A DNA stretch of 63,129 nt, counting the filler, from Nitrospiraceae bacterium (GTDB lineage: Bacteria > Nitrospirota > Nitrospiria > Nitrospirales > Nitrospiraceae): assembly GCA_037442105.1 (NCBI GenBank). It is 5 parts of 5 records of this genome, joined end to end, with 100 filler letters (N's around TTAATTAATTAA, not from the genome) between each part and the next. Parts side by side here need not be neighbours in the genome. Positions count along the whole stretch, not along the records: positions 55,558 to 63,129 come from JBBIQV010000059.1; 4 more parts are not named here. One strand, given 5' to 3'. Every line of letters begins with the position of its first letter. Within the stretch, counting starts at the first letter, position 1. Shown here piece by piece: positions 58,702-63,129 of the stretch. A model generated the notes under the pieces. It had not been told where the DNA came from and did no database searches. It worked only from the letters and a program-made list of their open reading frames with translations. A program made the translations under genes and the position numbers.

Positions 58702-59942
58702 GAGTTCGGCTTCTGTATATCACCCTGGCCATTCTCGTCAGTGTCGGGGTTCTCGTATCATGGTGGGCTACCCGGGAATCTCTGCTATCCTCTCCGGGGA
58801 CCCAGCCTGACACAAAGGCAGCGCAGGACGCGATGCCTGGCATGGAACATGGGGAGAGGCCGGCATCCAAGGAACAGCCTGCAGGCGTTACGCTCCCTCC
58901 GGCGGTGGATCTGGGCTCACGTACCGTGACGATTTCGCCTGATCGGTTGCAGACAATCGGCGTGAAGTTCGAGTTGGTCACACGTCGACCGCTCGAAAAA
59001 ATCATTCGTACCGTTGGCCGGGTAGAAATAGACGAGCGCCGCCTCGCCCGCGTCAATATCAAATTTCCCGGCTGGATCGATGAGCTGTTTGTGAGTGCGA
59101 TCGGAGACCATGTCAAGAAGGGACAGGCCCTGTTCACCATCTACAGTCCCGACCTGGTGGCCACACAAGAGGAGTACCTGCTGGCACTGCAGAGCATCAA
59201 GGAACTCGGGCAAAGCGAGTTCCCGGAAGTGTCACGCGGCGCCAAGGACCTGCTGGAAGCCACCCGGCGCCGGTTCCAATTGTGGGACATCACCGAAGAC
59301 CATATCCGGGAACTTGAGCAAACGGGGAAGGTCTTGCGAACGCTTCCGCTCCATTCGCCGATCACGGGAACAGTGACGAGGATGGAGGCGCGGAAGGGAA
59401 CCTACGTCAGTCCCGGCACCGAGCTGTATATGATCGCGGATCTGTCTCAGATCTGGATCTTCGCTGACATCTACGAGTACGAATTGCCCTTTATTCAGGT
59501 CGGTCAAGGCGCAACGGTTACGCTTTCCTATGATCCACGCACAAGGCTGCATGGCCATGTCGGGTTTATCTATCCCACGCTGGATCCGAAAACCCGCACC
59601 GCCAGGGTCCGATTCGAGCTGGAGAACCCAGGCGAAAAGCTCAAGCCGGAGATGTACGCCAATGTGGAACTGACCGTGTCGCTGGGCACCCGGCTGGCCG
59701 TGCCGAGGAATGCGATCCTGGAATCCGGACAGCGGCAGGTCATCTTCATTCACCATGGGGGTGGCAAGCTGGAGTGGCGGACCGTCACCTTGGGCGCGAA
59801 AACGGGCGAGTATGTGGAAGTAGTGGAAGGGCTCAAAGAAGGTGATCACATCGTCACGTCAGCGAACTTCCTCATTGACTCGGAAAGCCAGTTGAAGGCA
59901 GCTGTCGAGAGCATGGGCGGTATGGGCGGGATGAAGCACTGA
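58698..59942 (+). CDS. cusB: RND membrane fusion protein, CusB-like
   Basis: GWIDEL, YSPDL...QEEYL, ANFLIDSES; Met-rich MPGMEH and MGGMGGMKH. Confidence 0.9.
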   Translation: MRVRLLYITLAILVSVGVLVSWWATRESLLSSPGTQPDTKAAQDAMPGMEHGERPASKEQPAGVTLPPAVDLGSRTVTISPDRLQTIGVKFELVTRRPLEKIIRTVGRVEIDERRLARVNIKFPGWIDELFVSAIGDHVKKGQALFTIYSPDLVATQEEYLLALQSIKELGQSEFPEVSRGAKDLLEATRRRFQLWDITEDHIRELEQTGKVLRTLPLHSPITGTVTRMEARKGTYVSPGTELYMIADLSQIWIFADIYEYELPFIQVGQGATVTLSYDPRTRLHGHVGFIYPTLDPKTRTARVRFELENPGEKLKPEMYANVELTVSLGTRLAVPRNAILESGQRQVIFIHHGGGKLEWRTVTLGAKTGEYVEVVEGLKEGDHIVTSANFLIDSESQLKAAVESMGGMGGMKH

Positions 59943-59978
59943 CGGACCGATCCGCACCTGCGAATGGAGAGGGAGTGG

Positions 59979-62900
59979 ATGGTAGCAAAGATCATTGAGT
60001 TCAGCGCAAGGAACCGCTTCATCGTCTTTTTGTTTGTGTTTGCTCTTGGCTCAGCTGGACTCTGGGCGTTGCAGCACACGCCCGTTGACGCCCTGCCGGA
60101 CCTCTCCGACACCCAGGTGATTGTCTATACCACGTGGCCTGGGCGGTCCCCCAACCTCGTGGAAGATCAGGTGACCTATCCCATCGTCACCGCTCTCTTA
60201 TCGGCGCCCAGGGTGACGGTGGTGCGCGGGTTCTCCGACTTCGGCTACTCCTACGTCTACGTCCTCTTCAAGGACGGGACGGATATCTATTGGGCACGAT
60301 CGCGGGTGCTCGAATATTTGAGTCAGCTGAGCGGACGATTACCCCAGGGAGTGGCCCCTCAATTGGGACCTGACGCCACGGGCGTCGGCTGGGTCTTTCA
60401 GTACGCGCTGGTCGATGAATCCGGCGAGCATGATCTCGCCTCGTTGCGCAGCTTTCAGGATTGGTACCTCCGCTACTGGCTTCGCACGGTTGAAGGGGTG
60501 GCGGAGGTTGCCAGTGTCGGGGGCTTCGTCCGCCAGTACCAGATCAACCTGGATCCGACCAAGGTCCTCGCATACCGACTGTCCTTGTCCGACATTGTCG
60601 AGCGGGTCCGAGACAGTAATAACGACGTCGGCGGCCGGGTCGTGGAGTTCTCCGGGATCGAATATCTGATCCGCGGGCGCGGCTATATCCAGCGTGTGGA
60701 GGATATCGAAGAAATCACCGTGGGCGTCAACGAAAACGGCACACCCATTCTCTTGAGGGATGTGGCGATGGTCGGCCTCGGTCCCGATATGCGGCGCGGT
60801 CTGGTGGAATTGCAGGGAGAGGGAGAAGTGGCAGGCGGCATCGTGGTCATGAGATTCGGCGAGAATGCCCTGACCGTCATTGAGCGGTTGAAGGCGAAGC
60901 TCAAGGAACTGGAGCCTTCGATGCCCAAGGGCGTCAAGGTTGTCTCGACCTATGATCGGAGCGACCTGATCCGGGAATCCATCGCCACGATTCAAGAAAA
61001 TCTGATCGAAGAATTGATCGTGGTCTGTGCCTTGATCATCGGCTTCTTGCTCCATCTGCGCTCGGCTTTGATGCCGATTCTGACCCTCCCGATCGGCGTG
61101 CTGATTTCGTTCATCCCGATTTGGTATTTCGGCACAGGCATGAACATCATGTCGATCGGCGGGATCATCGTCGCGATCGGGGATATGGTCGATGCCTCCA
61201 TCGTCATGGTGGATAACGCGCATCGGCGCCTCGAAGAATGGGAGCGCGCTGGGCGGCCGGGGGATCGAACGCAAGTCCTCATCGACTCTGCCAAAGAGGT
61301 TGGGCCGTCGATTTTCGCTTCGCTGCTGGTCATTGCGATCGCCTTCATGCCGGTCTTCACCCTCGAAGCGCAGGAAGGCCGGTTGTTCCGACCGCTCGCG
61401 GTCACGAAGAACCTCGCCATCGCGATGAGCGCGTTTCTTGCCATCACCCTCATTCCCGCGCTCCTGCCGCTGTTGGTCCGTGGCCGCATCATCTCTGAGC
61501 AGCGCCATCCGATCACTCGGACCCTGCAGAGGCTCTACGCGCCGGTTCTGCGGCTGGCCTTACGATTTCGGTGGGCCGTGGTGGGCGGCGCCGTCGTGCT
61601 CACGCTGCTGACGATCCCGCCGTTCTTACGGTTGGGCGCCGAATTCATGCCGCCTCTGTATGAGGGCACCATTCTCTACATGCCGACGACGCTGCCGGGG
61701 CTCTCAGTCACCGAAGCTGGACGACTGCTGCAGATCATGGACCGCAAGCTGCGAACGTTCCCGGAAGTAGAGTGGGTCTTTGGCAAAGCCGGGCGTGCGG
61801 AGACCTCGACCGATCCCGCGCCCTTCAGCATGATGGAGGTGGTGGTCGAGCTGAAGCCCAAGGAACAGTGGAGGCCGGGGGTGACTTATGAAAGCCTGGT
61901 CGACGAAATGGATAAGGCGCTTCAGTTGCCGGGCGTGACGAACGCCTGGACGATGCCCATCAAAGCACGCATCGACATGCTGACCACTGGAGTGCGGACC
62001 CCGGTGGGAATCAAAATCTTCGGCCCGGACCTCAAGGAGATCGAGCGGATCGGGCAACATATGGAGATGGTCCTGAAAGATGTGCCGGGGACGCGGAGTG
62101 TCTATGCCGAGCGCGTCTCCGGTGGCTACTTCCTGGACTTTGACATCAAGCGCGAGGAGATCGCGCGGTATGGGCTCAAGTTGATGGACGTCGGACGGAT
62201 CATTGAGTCGGCGATCGGCGGCGAAAACATCACGACCACGATCGAGGGGCGGGAGCGCTACCCAGTCAACCTCCGCTACCTCCGTGAACTGCGCGATGAC
62301 CCTGACAAGCTGCAACGGGTACTGGTGGATACGCCGACCGGTGCGCAGGTGCCGCTCGGACAACTCACCACGTTACGGTTTGTCACCGGCCCGCCAATGG
62401 TCCGGGATGAGAATGCGATGCTGGCCGGATATGTCTATGTAGATATGGCAGGTCGGGACGTCGGGAGTTATGTGGAAGATCTCAAGCGGGTGGTCCGCGA
62501 GAAAGTGAAGCTGCCTACCGGATATACCCTGAGCTGGTCAGGACAGTACGAATACATGCAGAGGATCCGGGAACGGCTTACGATCTTTATTCCTCTGACG
62601 ATCACCATCATTTTCGTCCTCTACTACTTCACGTTCCGCTCCGTGGCGGAATCGCTCATGGTCCTGCTCGGGGTTCCCCTCTCCATGGTCGGAGGCATTT
62701 GGTCGCTGGCCCTGCTCGGGTACAACATGAGTATTGCGGTGTGGGTAGGCCTCATCGCGCTCGCCGGTGTCGGGGCAGAAACCAGCGCCGTGATGCTGGC
62801 CTACCTGGATGAGGCCTGCGCCCGCCGGCAGAAGGCCGAGACGCTGCGCACGCTTACCGATCTGATCGAGACCGTCCAGGAAGGAGCACTGGTACGGATC

Positions 62901-63128
62901 CGGGCGGTCAGCATGACGTCGCTCGCCAACATTCTCGGTCTGCTCCCGGTGATGTGGGCGACTGGGACTGGCGCCGATGTCATGAAGCGGCTGGCTGCGC
63001 CGATGGTCGGGGGCGTGTTCACCGCGATGCTGCTTACGCTGGTGGTGATCCCTGCCCTCTATGTCATCTGGCGCTGGCAGACGGAGATCAAGCGGGAAGG
63101 GGGGCGTACGATGAGGCTGGAGGGAAGA
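59979..63128 (+). CDS. cusA: CusA/SilA-type heavy-metal RND transporter (no stop inside window; absent from ORF track)
   Basis: MVAKIIEFSARNRF...DALPDLSDTQV, LGPDATGVGW, FMPPLYEG..LYMP, DPAPFSM, PIKARIDML, MKRLAAPMVGG. Confidence 0.93.
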   Translation, partial: MVAKIIEFSARNRFIVFLFVFALGSAGLWALQHTPVDALPDLSDTQVIVYTTWPGRSPNLVEDQVTYPIVTALLSAPRVTVVRGFSDFGYSYVYVLFKDGTDIYWARSRVLEYLSQLSGRLPQGVAPQLGPDATGVGWVFQYALVDESGEHDLASLRSFQDWYLRYWLRTVEGVAEVASVGGFVRQYQINLDPTKVLAYRLSLSDIVERVRDSNNDVGGRVVEFSGIEYLIRGRGYIQRVEDIEEITVGVNENGTPILLRDVAMVGLGPDMRRGLVELQGEGEVAGGIVVMRFGENALTVIERLKAKLKELEPSMPKGVKVVSTYDRSDLIRESIATIQENLIEELIVVCALIIGFLLHLRSALMPILTLPIGVLISFIPIWYFGTGMNIMSIGGIIVAIGDMVDASIVMVDNAHRRLEEWERAGRPGDRTQVLIDSAKEVGPSIFASLLVIAIAFMPVFTLEAQEGRLFRPLAVTKNLAIAMSAFLAITLIPALLPLLVRGRIISEQRHPITRTLQRLYAPVLRLALRFRWAVVGGAVVLTLLTIPPFLRLGAEFMPPLYEGTILYMPTTLPGLSVTEAGRLLQIMDRKLRTFPEVEWVFGKAGRAETSTDPAPFSMMEVVVELKPKEQWRPGVTYESLVDEMDKALQLPGVTNAWTMPIKARIDMLTTGVRTPVGIKIFGPDLKEIERIGQHMEMVLKDVPGTRSVYAERVSGGYFLDFDIKREEIARYGLKLMDVGRIIESAIGGENITTTIEGRERYPVNLRYLRELRDDPDKLQRVLVDTPTGAQVPLGQLTTLRFVTGPPMVRDENAMLAGYVYVDMAGRDVGSYVEDLKRVVREKVKLPTGYTLSWSGQYEYMQRIRERLTIFIPLTITIIFVLYYFTFRSVAESLMVLLGVPLSMVGGIWSLALLGYNMSIAVWVGLIALAGVGAETSAVMLAYLDEACARRQKAETLRTLTDLIETVQEGALVRIRAVSMTSLANILGLLPVMWATGTGADVMKRLAAPMVGGVFTAMLLTLVVIPALYVIWRWQTEIKREGGRTMRLEGR

Positions 63129-63129
63129 G

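Overview
The window is five contigs of a high-GC bacterial draft or metagenome bin. They are joined by artificial N-TTAATTAATTAA-N linkers at 15391-15490, 29366-29465, 42892-42991 and 55458-55557, so adjacency across linkers is not real. Gene content and repeat types suggest Nitrospira/Nitrospirota (inference). Contig 1: an accessory region (an HEPN-like ORF missing from the ORF track, a PIN protein, TA remnants, a stack of GGGGTC-type element ends), then ordinary genes and a partial ebo cluster. Contig 2: tRNA-Leu, tig-clpP-clpX, two PilZ genes, an elongated TatA, peptidases, a permease, a degenerate helicase and a second tRNA-Leu. Contig 3: an outer-membrane barrel, trpEGDCFBA with 7/8-mer tandem repeats in most spacers, a MoxR ATPase with a partner, and the ligA start. 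Contig 4: defence-type cargo separated by three truncated copies of the hsdM 5' end in front of an intact type I hsdM, then a PyrR-regulated pyr/car operon. Contig 5: a Y1/HUH tyrosine transposase bounded by a perfect 24-bp terminal inverted repeat, then cusCBA. The two best candidates for undescribed systems are (i) the hsdM-5'-end-delimited cargo array (43039-48568) and (ii) the TIR-bounded HUH transposase together with its related 94-bp MITE and the co-oriented stack of ends beside toxin-like cargo (1-5206, 55781-56782). All family assignments come from motif recognition by eye; no searches were run.
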